This document shows, in pieces, positions 19,923 to 33,156 of a DNA stretch of 64,000 nucleotides. The translations under genes were made by a program, and so were the position numbers. The notes below the pieces were generated by a model, which made no database searches, had not been told where the DNA came from, and saw only the letters and a program-made list of their open reading frames with translations. The DNA is from the human T2T-CHM13v2.0 reference genome, Homo sapiens. Location: assembly GCF_009914755.1 (NCBI RefSeq), contig NC_060931.1. One strand, written 5' to 3'. Within the stretch, counting starts at the first letter, position 1; each line of letters opens with the position of its first letter.

Positions 19923-19926
19923 CAAC

Positions 19927-20118
19927 AATGAAAACTTCCCAAGTCTAGTGAGAGATGTAGACACCCGGATACAGGTAACTTAGAGATCTCCAAACAGATA
20001 CAATACAAGAAGGTCTTCCCCACAGCACATTATAGTCATATTGTCAAAAGTAAAAGACAAAGAGTGAATTCTAAAAACAGCAAGAGAATGACCAGTCACC
20101 TATAAAGGAACTCCCAGC
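19927..20118 (+). mobile_element. Inverted L1 ORF1 fragment abutting the antisense L1 body
   Basis: Translates in pieces to ORF1 motifs ENFP...PQHIIV...ILKTARE...VTYKG. Confidence 0.7.
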
Positions 20119-20799
20119 AAAATAAAATTTTTACCTGTTCACATTCTGATTTACAGAAGGGATTTGAACTTGCTTTGTAAAATAAGCAGATAATTAATGT
20201 TGTTTTGTTTTTGTTTCTGTTTGAAAAAGTCTTGATCATCATGAGTGTTAGATTTAAAGATTTTGCAATTCTTATATTTTGGGAGATGCTGCAGTATATA
20301 CTCAGAAGAACTCCAGGCTGGGATATAGGAAACTTGGATTCCCTTGTGTGAATCTAGCAACCTTTTTCACCCTTAGATAATGCTCATGATTACCATTAAC
20401 TTTCGAATGAAGTGAGCATGGATTTCATTACTTCTGGTTTTTTTAACCACTCCTGATTCCCAGCATAGCTAGTGACATCTCCAAATGGATATTGACAGGT
20501 TTTTTTCCTACCCTGGTACCTCTGACTCCTGCCTGCCTTTCTGGGTGCATGGACCACACCAAGGGAGTGGTCTATCTTGAAAGGTGTGAAATGAAACATG
20601 TAATTGATTTAAAAATAGTAAATGTTCTTCTTTCCCAGGATCGGTTGCTCCTAGGTAACTCTGAGGAGCAATGAAATGACCAAAGAAAAAGGAATAATAT
20701 ACTACTTTGAGTACAACTGTAATTGTTACACCTTGATACTTATAACCCCCCAAAAACACCCTTTCCTAAACTCCTTACATGCACCTAAATAACACATGT

Positions 20800-21025
20800 C
20801 TTAGCTGGACAACTACCTGGCTTCCCTATTTTCTGTCTTTATGTCCTTGGATAAATTAATTATCTTCTGCAGGTCTCAGTTTCCTCATCTACAAAGTGGG
20901 TATGACAGTATTAGCACCTGTCTCTTAGGGTGGTTGTGGGGATTCAATCAGTTAATACATAAAAACCACAAGAGAGCTGAAATACATTATGTCCTATATA
21001 AGCATTAAGTAATATTACTATAATT
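20800..21025 (+). mobile_element. MIR
   Basis: tctcagtttcctcatctacaaagtggg...tagggtggttgtggggatt. Confidence 0.7.
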
Positions 21026-21439
21026 ATTGTCTTTCTAAAGTTTAACATACTGATGTATTTGGAGTTACTGGATGTGACTCATTTCTAGGGTAAAAAGTTG
21101 AATTTTCCTGGCTGTAGTCATTTCAAATTTCATTTAGTAAAAACCCCAACTTTTTTTTGAAACATTCCACCTGTGCCTGTAAAGTCCATTAAATCCTCTG
21201 AAATGGTCCACATCTGCTATGAGCATAGAAGAAATTGTGCAATGAGGGTAGAATGGAAGAGTATTTTTCTTTCAGACCCAATTTCGACACTAATTCATGG
21301 CAACCTGATTTGTATTCTTGAGCAAATTATTCCAAATATGAACATTTCAGATGCTAGTCTCTCAACTAAAAAATAATTTGAGAGATTTTTCCAGGAAGAA
21401 TAACTGCGTCATAGTTTATGCAGCCAACAAATGAAAGGG

Positions 21440-21961
21440 TGTCATGTTGCGGTCCAAAGGGCGTGGGTGGATGAGCAGAAAGAATACTTGAAGGGCTGTA
21501 GGCAGGTGAAAGATGATTTTATTCAACAGCAGCTCTGATCAACAACTTTCTCACACTGTCCATCCTGTCTCAGCTGCTTAGTCTGGTGGCTCCCACACAC
21601 ACAGCTCCCTTGCCTTCAGGGTCAGCAGCTTAACTATTTCTCTCTCTGGGCATGGGCAAGCCAAGCTGGGTCCTGACTCCCCCATCTGTCTGCAAAGACA
21701 GACAGCTCTGACTCTCTGTCTCTGAGCACAAGAGTGCCTCTACAGTGTCCGCAGGGCAATTATACCTTTTACAGACAATAGTGGCTTAGAGCCAAGTGAT
21801 GAGTTTTCCCTATGTCATAGCGATGGTGGTGAGCTTCTGTTATGTCTACATGGCTATGATAACAAGTAACAAGTGAAGTTATATGCTTGCGCTCTGAACT
21901 CACTCACTCTGGATGTTTACCTCTGCCTGTCCTTGACCAAAGCACAGCCATGTTCTTTACA
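21440..21961 (-). mobile_element. ERVL solo LTR (LTR18-like)
   Basis: TG...CA termini, 5-bp TSD AAGGG (21435-39, 21962-66), minus-strand AATAAA near 21520; minus strand starts TGTAAAGAACATGGCTGTGCTTTGGTCAAGG. Confidence 0.75.
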
Positions 21962-22473
21962 AAGGGGAAGAAAAAGATTTCATACATATTATATAATTTA
22001 AGATCATAAACATGTTACTAATCCTTTTTCCATAGGTAAGCTATCTTTCTCAATGATACATTGTAAGATGTAGGGTGAATGATAGAAGTCCATGGTATTT
22101 ACTCTTTTGTTATATTTTGATGCCTATTTTTCTTAAAATATTATTTAAGTGCCAGGATTCATTGTTAGCTAATTTGTCTAGCTCTCATTTAATGATAAAG
22201 TCACTAGCTACTGAAGTATATAGGGAACTTTATAACCTCTACCCCAAATGACTTTAGACAGTTTTGGTTTAAATGGCTTTTTAAAAAATGGTTTTTCTTT
22301 CTTCTCTTGTCTTGTGAGCCATCACTTAGTATCACAGTCCTCTCTGCCTCCAGCAGCATTTGTGATTTGCTGCCTCTGATCTGCTCAAAAGCTGGGTAAT
22401 CATACTTGTTACGAGTGTGTTTTTCCAAAAAGTTCTGAGTGAAAACCTCAGTCCCTTTTTTCATGTGCTCTAG

Positions 22474-22944
22474 TGAGGTAGGAGGCAGAACTTGAATCCA
22501 GAGGCAAGGTTCAGACACTGGACCAAACTGAGGTCAGGGCAGAAGCACCTCCCCATAAGACATGCCCATCAGTGTGCCATGTCAGTTCACTATTGCCATG
22601 GCAACACCTAGAAGTTACCACCCCTTTCCATGGCAACAGCCCAACAACCCAGAAATTACCACCCTCATCCTAGAAATTTCTGCATAAATCACCCCTTAAT
22701 TTGCATATAAATCAAGTAGGTTTAAATATGACTGCAGAGCTGCCACTGAGCTGCTACTCTAGGCACACTGCCTACGGGGTAGGCCTGCTCTGCAAGGAGC
22801 AGTACCTCTGCTGTTGCTGTAAACTGTTGCTTCAATAAACGTTGCTGTTTAACACCACCAGCTCGCCCTTGAATTCTTTCCCATGCAAAGCCAAGTAGTC
22901 TCCTGGGCTAAGCCCCCATTTGGGGGCTTTCCTGTCCTGCATCA
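22474..22944 (+). mobile_element. ERV1 solo LTR (MER66-like)
   Basis: TG...CA termini, 4-bp TSD CTAG (22470-73, 22945-48), AATAAA 22834-39. Confidence 0.8.
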
Positions 22945-22945
22945 C

Positions 22946-23110
22946 TAGTGCCTTGCTGCTCAAAGAGGGGTCTCAGACCAGCATTGGTATTGCTTTCATT
23001 AGAAATGCAGAATGTTGAGCCTCCCTCCAGAACTACTCAATCAGAATCTACATTTTAACGAGATTCCGAAGTGATCTGTGTGCACATTAAAATTTGAGAA
23101 GCCCCACTTT
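22946..23110. mobile_element. MER5A-like fossil
   Basis: ttagaaatgcagaat...aatcagaatctacattttaacgagattcc...aaatttgagaagc. Confidence 0.65.
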
Positions 23111-23384
23111 AGCACCTCACCTTTGTGACAGTTAATTTTCCTATTGAGATGCTTTTTTAAAAGCCAAAAGATTTATGAAGAGAAACCAGAATAGTGATCC
23201 TTTTTTAGCTTACAAATTGTGTCTTACTGTGCTGTATGTTAAAGTGTGGTGAAATATTTTACCTCTAGAAAGACAGGACATTACAATGTCTAGAAGTGTT
23301 TTAATGTTCAGTAATAGGTAACTGATGACCATTTTATTTTCTCTCCCCTAGGATATTCTTGGTGATCTTGGAAGTGTCCGTATC

Positions 23385-23876
23385 ATGGAATCAATCTCTA
23401 TGATGGGAAGCCCTAAGAGCCTTAGTGAAACTTGTTTACCTAATGGCATAAATGGTATCAAAGATGCAAGGAAGGTCACTGTAGGTGTGATTGGAAGTGG
23501 AGATTTTGCCAAATCCTTGACCATTCGACTTATTAGATGCGGCTATCATGTGGTCATAGGAAGTAGAAATCCTAAGTTTGCTTCTGAATTTTTTCCTCAT
23601 GTGGTAGATGTCACTCATCATGAAGATGCTCTCACAAAAACAAATATAATATTTGTTGCTATACACAGAGAACATTATACCTCCCTGTGGGACCTGAGAC
23701 ATCTGCTTGTGGGTAAAATCCTGATTGATGTGAGCAATAACATGAGGATAAACCAGTACCCAGAATCCAATGCTGAATATTTGGCTTCATTATTCCCAGA
23801 TTCTTTGATTGTCAAAGGATTTAATGTTGTCTCAGCTTGGGCACTTCAGTTAGGACCTAAGGATGCCAGCCGGCAG
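23385..23876 (+). CDS. STEAP2: STEAP2 coding exon A (aa 1-164, NADPH-binding oxidoreductase domain); exon starts 23352
   Basis: MESISMMGSPKSLSET...VGVIGSGDFA Rossmann motif; CCCCTAG|G acceptor, CAG|GTATGT donor; 492 nt. Confidence 0.99.
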
Positions 23877-25272
23877 GTATGTATTTTACATTTTTATTCT
23901 TATGTATCTGGTATTTTGTAGTTAAACAACTAAGCAAATATCAAACATTTTAATACCAAACTCTGACACTTTCCAATGATTATCATTTGAAAATTAATTA
24001 TGAGCACCTGAAGATTAATGTCCTGACCTTGTAAGGGCACATTCCCATTCCCAACATGATGTGGAAAACTGGGAAAATAACGTGAAAGTCATCCAGTTCA
24101 ACTTGAGAATAAAGCAGATGGGGCACTCTGTCAACACCATTGTGGAACAAGCTTTTATAAGTAAACACATAAAATATGTTTTAAAAATCTTTTAAATGTG
24201 CTTATGCATTACAATTAAGCATGATTATAAAACACTTTTATTGTTTTTGTCCATAAAGACAGTTGATTAGATTCCTTAGAAAATAAGTTTCAGTATTATA
24301 TCATTGTATGCTGTATATCAGTCATGATAACCATTTACTTTCCAGTCTTTATTTTAATGACTGGTAAAAGAACATAGGCTCTTCTACAGGCTATTTCTGA
24401 ATCCTTTTTTCTCTTTTGCATATCCACCAAAGTTTAGCAGTGGATATAGAATAAGCAAATTAGAACCAGGACCTGTGAGACAAACCTGAATTTAATAATA
24501 TGCCCATATTTATGCCAATTTTAAATTTTTAACAGAAAAAAATGTGGAACAGTGATTAAATTCCAAATGAGCTACAGAAATAGTCTAAATTTGTATTATG
24601 TAGCATTTGTGCCTTTATTTTGAGTGTTTGGTTTATTTTTAGACTTATTATACCGTATTATAATTTATACAAAATTTTTTCCAAATGAGTTTTTAAAAAA
24701 GTTTATTCCACCATTGTCACAACTGTAATAAATTAATTTAGAATACTTTTTTCTTATTTGTGTTATAAAAGGACCTCTATTTTAAAAGTTCATAAATGAT
24801 TATATAATATTCATTCAAATAGGATTTGTCATTCATCTGGCTAATGTTATCCAAGATTAATAATCCAAAGAGTGTTATATTGTCACCATTATGTAAATAG
24901 AAACATGCAAATATTTCTATGTGGTCTATTTTAGAGTCCTTATACAAACATCTTCAGGGATATATTTAGGAATTTGTTTTCCCCAAACATTACTTGGAGA
25001 CTCTGTAGCAATATTTTTCTAGCCCTGAATGAGGTGGCCTACCCATTAGTAATAGTAGCTCACTCCAGTAATGAACTTGGTGCTCAATAAATACTTGTTG
25101 TTGTAGGCTTTCAAACTATTGAAATCTGTTAGATACTATAATATAGCTGAAAATTCAACAAGTATTTATTCCTCAAGGTCATCACAGGTGATGGTCCGTA
25201 AGTGGAGCATGCGATTGCTACCATTTTTATAAACAACAATGGTAATGCTGAGTCTTTTTGTTTTTTCCACAG

Positions 25273-25800
25273 GTTTATATATGCAGCAACAATATTCAAG
25301 CGCGACAACAGGTTATTGAACTTGCCCGCCAGTTGAATTTCATTCCCATTGACTTGGGATCCTTATCATCAGCCAGAGAGATTGAAAATTTACCCCTACG
25401 ACTCTTTACTCTCTGGAGAGGGCCAGTGGTGGTAGCTATAAGCTTGGCCACATTTTTTTTCCTTTATTCCTTTGTCAGAGATGTGATTCATCCATATGCT
25501 AGAAACCAACAGAGTGACTTTTACAAAATTCCTATAGAGATTGTGAATAAAACCTTACCTATAGTTGCCATTACTTTGCTCTCCCTAGTATACCTTGCAG
25601 GTCTTCTGGCAGCTGCTTATCAACTTTATTACGGCACCAAGTATAGGAGATTTCCACCTTGGTTGGAAACCTGGTTACAGTGTAGAAAACAGCTTGGATT
25701 ACTAAGTTTTTTCTTCGCTATGGTCCATGTTGCCTACAGCCTCTGCTTACCGATGAGAAGGTCAGAGAGATATTTGTTTCTCAACATGGCTTATCAGCAG
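25273..25800 (+). CDS. STEAP2: STEAP2 coding exon B (aa 165-340, TM1-3, heme ligand His316)
   Basis: TTCCACAG|GTT acceptor, CAG|GTACTG donor; 528 nt; RKQLGLL...VHVAYSLC motif. Confidence 0.99.
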
Positions 25801-26744
25801 GTACTGAATGTGCTTGTTATTTATCTGATGCTAGTAAAATACTTTTTATTAGTATAAATTGTAAAACATAAAATTTTACATGCCCTGTAATGGAAATTTG
25901 ATTTTGGTATACTGCGGGAGGGGAAAGAATTGTTCTTTAAACAATGTTTTTGCAAAATAATTAGGTGGCTAATTCAAAATTATTTAAGTAAAGGCTGCTA
26001 CCATCCTTTTCCATACAGAATAAAAGCAGAAAAATAGAGGGTTGGGTTCTCCCCCTTTTTCAATGTTATAATTGCAATGAGTGCTTTCAGTATTCAACAA
26101 TTCATTATTTTAATGTTTTATAATTGGCTGTGCTCCACAAAATGATGAGGCAATTCTCAGTAAATATATACAATAAAATTAGAACCAGTAAAAATACAAA
26201 ACAGAACAGGAAGACAAGATCAGGAGAAAAAAGTCGAATACACCTCTGCTAAGAGTGTCTCCACAGCTTCTCTTTTGGCTTTGAGATTTTCAATACAATG
26301 AGAAGGGAGACCCTATTATTTACAAAGCTCTTGTTATCAAAAACCAGAAAAGATAATAGTTCCACAGGTGAAGCTTTTCTAGCACTTAGCTCTAAAAAAA
26401 AAAATCTCAGGGAGCACTTCATGGAAGGGGTTTGATTATGAGGTAGACTATGGTTTTCCTCCATAATTCCCAATCCACAAATGTAATTTAAGGGGTTTCC
26501 CTGAAGCTGTTTGGTGTAGCATTTCTCCATGAAAGCCAAGAACATTGCACCAAAACAAATGTGTAAAAGCATCTGCATTTTGTAAGGATCGAAGGCATCA
26601 TAGTCCAAGTATGTGGCATCTAGTACTTAAGCTTGTTTCAACAATAAAACCTAAAATAATATTTTTCTAATTAGTAGATTGATAACCTTTAAACCATTCA
26701 CTCCCTGAAAAAAAACAACTTCTCTTAATGGGATACTAAGGCTT

Positions 26745-27105
26745 TTATTGTTGCTCAGTCGGCTCCCTTGCCTCCTTCCAGTCATTTGCCCAGATCTCAC
26801 CTTCTCAGCGAGTCCTATGCTGGATACCATCTTAAATGCCGCTGCCTCTGCCCCAACCAGTATTCCCAATCCTTCTGACTTACCCTGCTCTACCTTTCTT
26901 TTTTTAATAACACTTACCATCTTCTAACACACTTGATTTCCATGTTAAAAATACATTTACCAGTGTCTGCCTTCCCCCAACAGAAAGTAAGTTCATGAGA
27001 AGAGGGATCTTTGTCTATCTTTTTCACTGATGCATACCCAGTGCCTAGATTTGAGCCTAGACATTGTGGACACTCAAACAGCCCATTTGTGGATGAATGA
27101 ATGAA
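26745..27105 (+). mobile_element. L2a 3' end
   Basis: gtaagttcatgag...cccagtgcctag...tgaatgaatgaa tail. Confidence 0.75.
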
Positions 27106-28176
27106 CTGGGAGAGCAGGTAGATCCAGGTTGTAGTCTCCGAGTACACTGGGTAGTGCTGTTTTTCTGTATTGTATAGATATCAAATAAGAAGATGGTAAG
27201 AACTCTGTGGCCTCTTTCAAGATGATGGTATGATTGCCTTAGGGAACTAATAGCTAAGAAGCAGCTTTTCGTTGTTAAATTTCAAGTATGTTTTGTTAAC
27301 TGGAATTGGACAAAGTTAAACTGTTGTTAAGTTAGAATCTGTTTTCCATTAATAGATACTTATTTAAATCAAAAATTTCAGCTGAAGGAGTCCAATACTT
27401 GATTTATACTCTAATTATATTCTGAATGTAAATAGAACTTCTAAAGGTAGTCCCTACACAAAATACCACAAATTCAGAGTTCACCGTCTGACTTGATTAT
27501 ATACACATTATCAATGTAAGGAAAAGACATTTGGAAAAAATACTGCATATAAATGACACAATTGGATAGTTGGGGATCATATTAAATGAGGCAGTTCAAG
27601 TGGATAAATGAGCTCCATTGGCCTTTATAGCTAGGGAAATCACAGCTTTCTAGGAAGAGAAGATGAGAAGAAAGATAAAACAGAGATATATTATTCATGT
27701 GATGGAAGAAGATACTGACATAGTTTAGAAATTCCCTGACCGGATCCAAGTTGAACTAAGGCCAGACTATATCCCAGATATTCAACCAAGTTTAAACCAG
27801 CTTGTAATAGTACTTCAAAACTAAGTTTAACTGTCAGTAACTTCTTTTGTGTCACCCTAGAACCAACTACTAGGTATTTTATGGTGTTGGACTCCAGAGT
27901 CCCTGTAATGATGATGGCAAAGCTTTGCCCCTCTATTCTAGCACGTATACAAGGAAAGAGAAAGTTTTGTCCTCCTTTTGTTTAATTCTCTTTTCCCTTA
28001 CACCTGGAGCAGTATCATCCAGTAACAGGTTCTCTGTAATGGTTTGTTAGACTAAATTAGTACAACTTAAATACGTCCATATATGACCAGGTTCTTCTTA
28101 TGCCAAGAGTGAACTCTGTGCTGAATCAGTTAATGTTCTACTAAATAAAGGAAATTCACATTCGCTTTCTTGTTAG

Positions 28177-28392
<216 letters not shown>

Positions 28393-29718
28393 TAAGAACA
28401 ACTGCATTTTAAATATGTTCCTTATTAAAAGGGTGCCTTTGAGGCTGTATTTATGCATCTAGATACATTATGCTGGAAGCCAGCTTAGGATTGCTCTGGT
28501 TAAATAAGTGAAAGACCAGTCAGTATATGATTGTACTGGAAGACTTTGACAGCACTGCCTTCCAGTATACTATGTTAAGAACAAAAAAGTTATCTTAAAA
28601 GAGAAAAAAAAAATGAAAGTTGGGAAGGATGAGCTTAGATCAAATTTAATGTTGAAAGTCAATTTATTATTAGCCAAGTGAATGAAAAATTATTTTATGT
28701 TTTGAGTCATCTTGATTTGTCCAGAAAAATCTTATTAATTTGAACTCAAGTGGGGATGTCAATCTGAATATTTTAAAGAAATGTGTGTATATATACACAC
28801 ACATACAAACACAAGCAGTGGCAAACTAGGTAACTAGAGTAATGGATTATAACATGCAACCAGCCTTAAGAATTTTGTTAGTATATCAGTAGTATACTAA
28901 TACGTATGGATGTCTGTAAAGGGATTTCAAACCACCATTGTATTCTTTAATAAGTTAAACATTCACCCTCTCCAATAATATCTAAATAATAAGGTTGCAT
29001 ATTTTAAAAATATATAACTGAAACATAGACCCTTCCTATATTTTCACAAAATCTGTACTGGTTGTATCCAAATGGTTTACAGCATAGTAGACAGATTCAT
29101 GTCCTTTGGTGGTACACTTAAGTTTTGTTTCAATTCATTGCTTATTTGCTTGTTTTTTTTTTTAAGGTCCTGTAAAAATCTCATTCAAAGCAGGGCCAAA
29201 ATGCTTATCTGAATTTATTTTTCCTTTTTGAAGAAAAGGGAGAGTACTTTCCCAACAGCTAGTTTAATCATACCCGAAAAGAAATAGAAGGTTCTAGACA
29301 GATGCAAATTATCATTATAAATTTAGATGAGTAATTGCAAATATTTTGCCTGCTGGAGGGTTGATATTTTCCAGTAAAGTTAGACATTACATCACTATAC
29401 TGATGTAATATTACTTTTATATAACAGACTATTCTTCAAAGTAAGCACTCTTAAACATAATAATTTAGCGAACTAAAGAATGATGAGCTTTTAGAATTTA
29501 AACTGTAAAGTGCCTAACTGAAGTATTCTTAATAAACTCTATATTTTAATTGTTGTTTATATTATTACTGCAGGATTTTTCATATTTGCCTATTAACCAG
29601 TGTGTATATATGTGTGTGTGCCCATGAGGATGCTCATTTAATTTTAATTTAATTTAATTAATTTTAATAATTTTAAATTAGTTTATTTAATTTTATCATA
29701 TGTCTGTTTATGTATTAA

Positions 29719-30023
29719 CAGTGATGTGTTACCTAACAGTAGGGAACGTTCTGAGCAATGAGTCGTTAGGCAGTTTTATCATGTGAACATCATAGAGCAT
29801 ATTTATACAAACCATGACCTATTGCTCCCAGGCTACAAACCTGTACAGCATGTTACTGTACTGAATATTACAGGCACTTGTAACACAATGGTAAATATTT
29901 GTGTATCTAAACATATCTAAACAGAGAAAAGGTACAGTAAAAATAAGGCATATAATCTTATGGGACCACCGTTGTATATGCAGTCCATAGTTGACCAAAA
30001 TGCCCTTATGTGGCACATGACTA
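29719..30023 (+). mobile_element. Tigger3a/MER7-type DNA transposon fossil
   Basis: Degenerate TIRs CAGTGATGTG.../...CACATGACTA; internal cgttctgag...gtcgttagg...aacatcatagag. Confidence 0.75.
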
Positions 30024-30641
30024 TATTTATGTGTATGTGTATACACACACACATACATACACATTTCTTTAATACACAACTGGTGGGAATGTGAATAATT
30101 TTTATAAAGAAGAGTCTAGCAGTATGTATCAGTACCCTTAAGGAAAAGCTAGATGTTTTGACCAATAATCCTACTATTAGAAACCAGTCCTAAGAAAATA
30201 AATCAAAATATGGAAAATGGCCTAACATGACATTTATAGTTGAGGAAAGTTGGAAACAGTGAATTATCAACAAAAAGGAATGGTTTAATAAATTATGCAC
30301 ATCCATTCAATAGAATATTATACAGTATTAATGTCATTTTCATATTTAATGACATGAGGAAAATGTTCTTGATAAAATAAATGAAGTAGTAAGAATATTA
30401 AACTGTATGCAGTAGGGCCTTATTTGTGTAACATAAGGTGTGCATATAAATAATACATATATATGCATATATAAAAATATTAATATTATTTAATTCAGTA
30501 GAGGACAAAGGTTAACTTGATAATTTAAGACAAAATAGTTTTATCAAAATATAAACATGGTGTATCTTGATAGTTTAATTTATGAGTTTCAGTCATTTGT
30601 TTCTTATTCTTTGTTTCTTTTCCTTCCTCTCCTGGCCCAAG

Positions 30642-30929
30642 TCTACACTTGGATATGTCGCTCTGCTCATAAGTACTTTCCATGTTTTAATTTATGGATG
30701 GAAACGAGCTTTTGAGGAAGAGTACTACAGATTTTATACACCACCAAACTTTGTTCTTGCTCTTGTTTTGCCCTCAATTGTAATTCTGGGTAAGATTATT
30801 TTATTCCTTCCATGTATAAGCCAAAAGCTAAAACGAATTAAAAAAGGCTGGGAAAAGAGCCAATTTCTGGAAGAAGGTATTGGAGGAACAATTCCTCATG
30901 TCTCCCCGGAGAGGGTCACAGTAATGTGA
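30642..30929 (+). CDS. STEAP2: STEAP2 coding exon D (aa 396-490, TM5-6, His409, stop); internal donor after 30789
   Basis: Long pyrimidine tract + CAAG|TCT acceptor; STLGYVALLISTFH...ERVTVM*; four exons total 490 aa. Confidence 0.98.
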   Translation, partial: STLGYVALLISTFHVLIYGWKRAFEEEYYRFYTPPNFVLALVLPSIVILGKIILFLPCISQKLKRIKKGWEKSQFLEEGIGGTIPHVSPERVTVM

Positions 30930-31829
30930 TGATAAATGGTGTTCACAGCTGCCATATAAAGTTCTACTCATGCCATTATTTTTATGACTTCTACGTTCAG
31001 TTACAAGTATGCTGTCAAATTATCGTGGGTTGAAACTTGTTAAATGAGATTTCAACTGACTTAGTGATAGAGTTTTCTTCAAGTTAATTTTCACAAATGT
31101 CATGTTTGCCAATATGAATTTTTCTAGTCAACATATTATTGTAATTTAGGTATGTTTTGTTTTGTTTTGCACAACTGTAACCCTGTTGTTACTTTATATT
31201 TCATAATCAGGCAAAAATACTTACAGTTAATAATATAGATATAATGTTAAAAACAATTTGCAAACCAGCAGAATTTTAAGCTTTTAAAATAATTCAATGG
31301 ATATACATTTTTTTCTGAAGATTAAGATTTTAATTATTCAACTTAAAAAGTAGAAATGCATTATTATACATTTTTTTAAGAAAGGACACGTTATGTTAGC
31401 ATCTAGGTAAGGCTGCATGATAGCATTCCTATATTTCTCTCATAAAATAGGATTTGAAGGATGAAATTAATTGTATGAAGCAATGTGATTATATGAAGAG
31501 ACACAAATTAAAAAGACAAATTAAACCTGAAATTATATTTAAAATATATTTGAGACATGAAATACATACTGATAATACATACCTCATGAAAGATTTTATT
31601 CTTTATTGTGTTACAGAGCAGTTTCATTTTCATATTAATATACTGATCAGGAAGAGGATTCAGTAACATTTGGCCTCCAAAACTGCTATCTCTAATACGG
31701 TACCAATCCTAGGAACTGTATACTAGTTCCTACTTAGAACAAAAGTATCAAGTTTGCACACAAGTAATCTGCCAGCTGACCTTTGTCGCACCTTAACCAG
31801 TCACCACTTGCTATGGTATAGGATTATAC

Positions 31830-32065
31830 TGATGTTCTTTGAGGGATTCTGATGTGCTAGGCATGGTTCTAAGTACTTTACTTGTATTATCCCATTTAAT
31901 ACTTAGAACAACCCCGTGAGATAAGTAGTTATTATCCTCATTTTACACATGAGGGACCGAAGGATAGAAAAGTTATTTTTCAAAGGTCATGCAGTTAATA
32001 AATGGCAGAGTGAGCATTCAAGTCCAGGTAGTCATATTCCAGAGGCCACGGTTTTAACCACTAGG
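31830..32065 (-). mobile_element. MIR in the 3'UTR
   Basis: gtgctaggcatggttctaagtactttac...attatcctcattttacacatgagg...aaggtcatgcag. Confidence 0.75.
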
Positions 32066-32816
32066 CTCTAGAGCTCCCGCCGCGCCCCTATGCATTATGT
32101 TCACAATGCCAATCTAGATGCTTCCTCTTTTGTATAAAGTCACTGACATTCTTTAGAGTGGGTTGGGTGCATCCAAAAATGTATAAAAATATTATTATAA
32201 TAAACTTATTACTGCTTGTAGGGTAATTCACAGTTACTTACCCTATTCTTGCTTGGAACATGAGCCTGGAGACCCATGGCAGTCCATATGCCTCCCTATG
32301 CAGTGAAGGGCCCTAGCAGTGTTAACAAATTGCTGAGATCCCACGGAGTCTTTCAAAAATCTCTGTAGAGTTAGTCTTCTCCTTTTCTCTTCCTGAGAAG
32401 TTCTCCTGCCTGCATAACCATTCATTAGGGAGTACTTTACAAGCATGAAGGATATTAGGGTAAGTGGCTAATTATAAATCTACTCTAGAGACATATAATC
32501 ATACAGATTATTCATAAAATTTTTCAGTGCTGTCCTTCCACATTTAATTGCATTTTGCTCAAACTGTAGAATGCCCTACATTCCCCCCACCCCAATTTGC
32601 TATTTCCTTATTAAAATAGAAAATTATAGGCAAGATACAATTATATGCGTTCCTCTTCCTGAAATTATAACATTTCTAAACTTACCCACGTAGGTACTAC
32701 TGAATCCAACTGCCAACAATAAAAAGACTTTTATTTAGTAGAGGCTACCTTTCCCACCAGTGACTCTTTTTCTACAACTGCCTTGTCAGTTTGGTAATTC
32801 ACTTATGATTTTCTAA

Positions 32817-33156
<340 letters not shown>

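Noticed and set aside
29635-29697. Almost pure A/T quasi-palindromic tract
   Set aside because: Low-complexity (TTTAA)n-like sequence with no specific structure.
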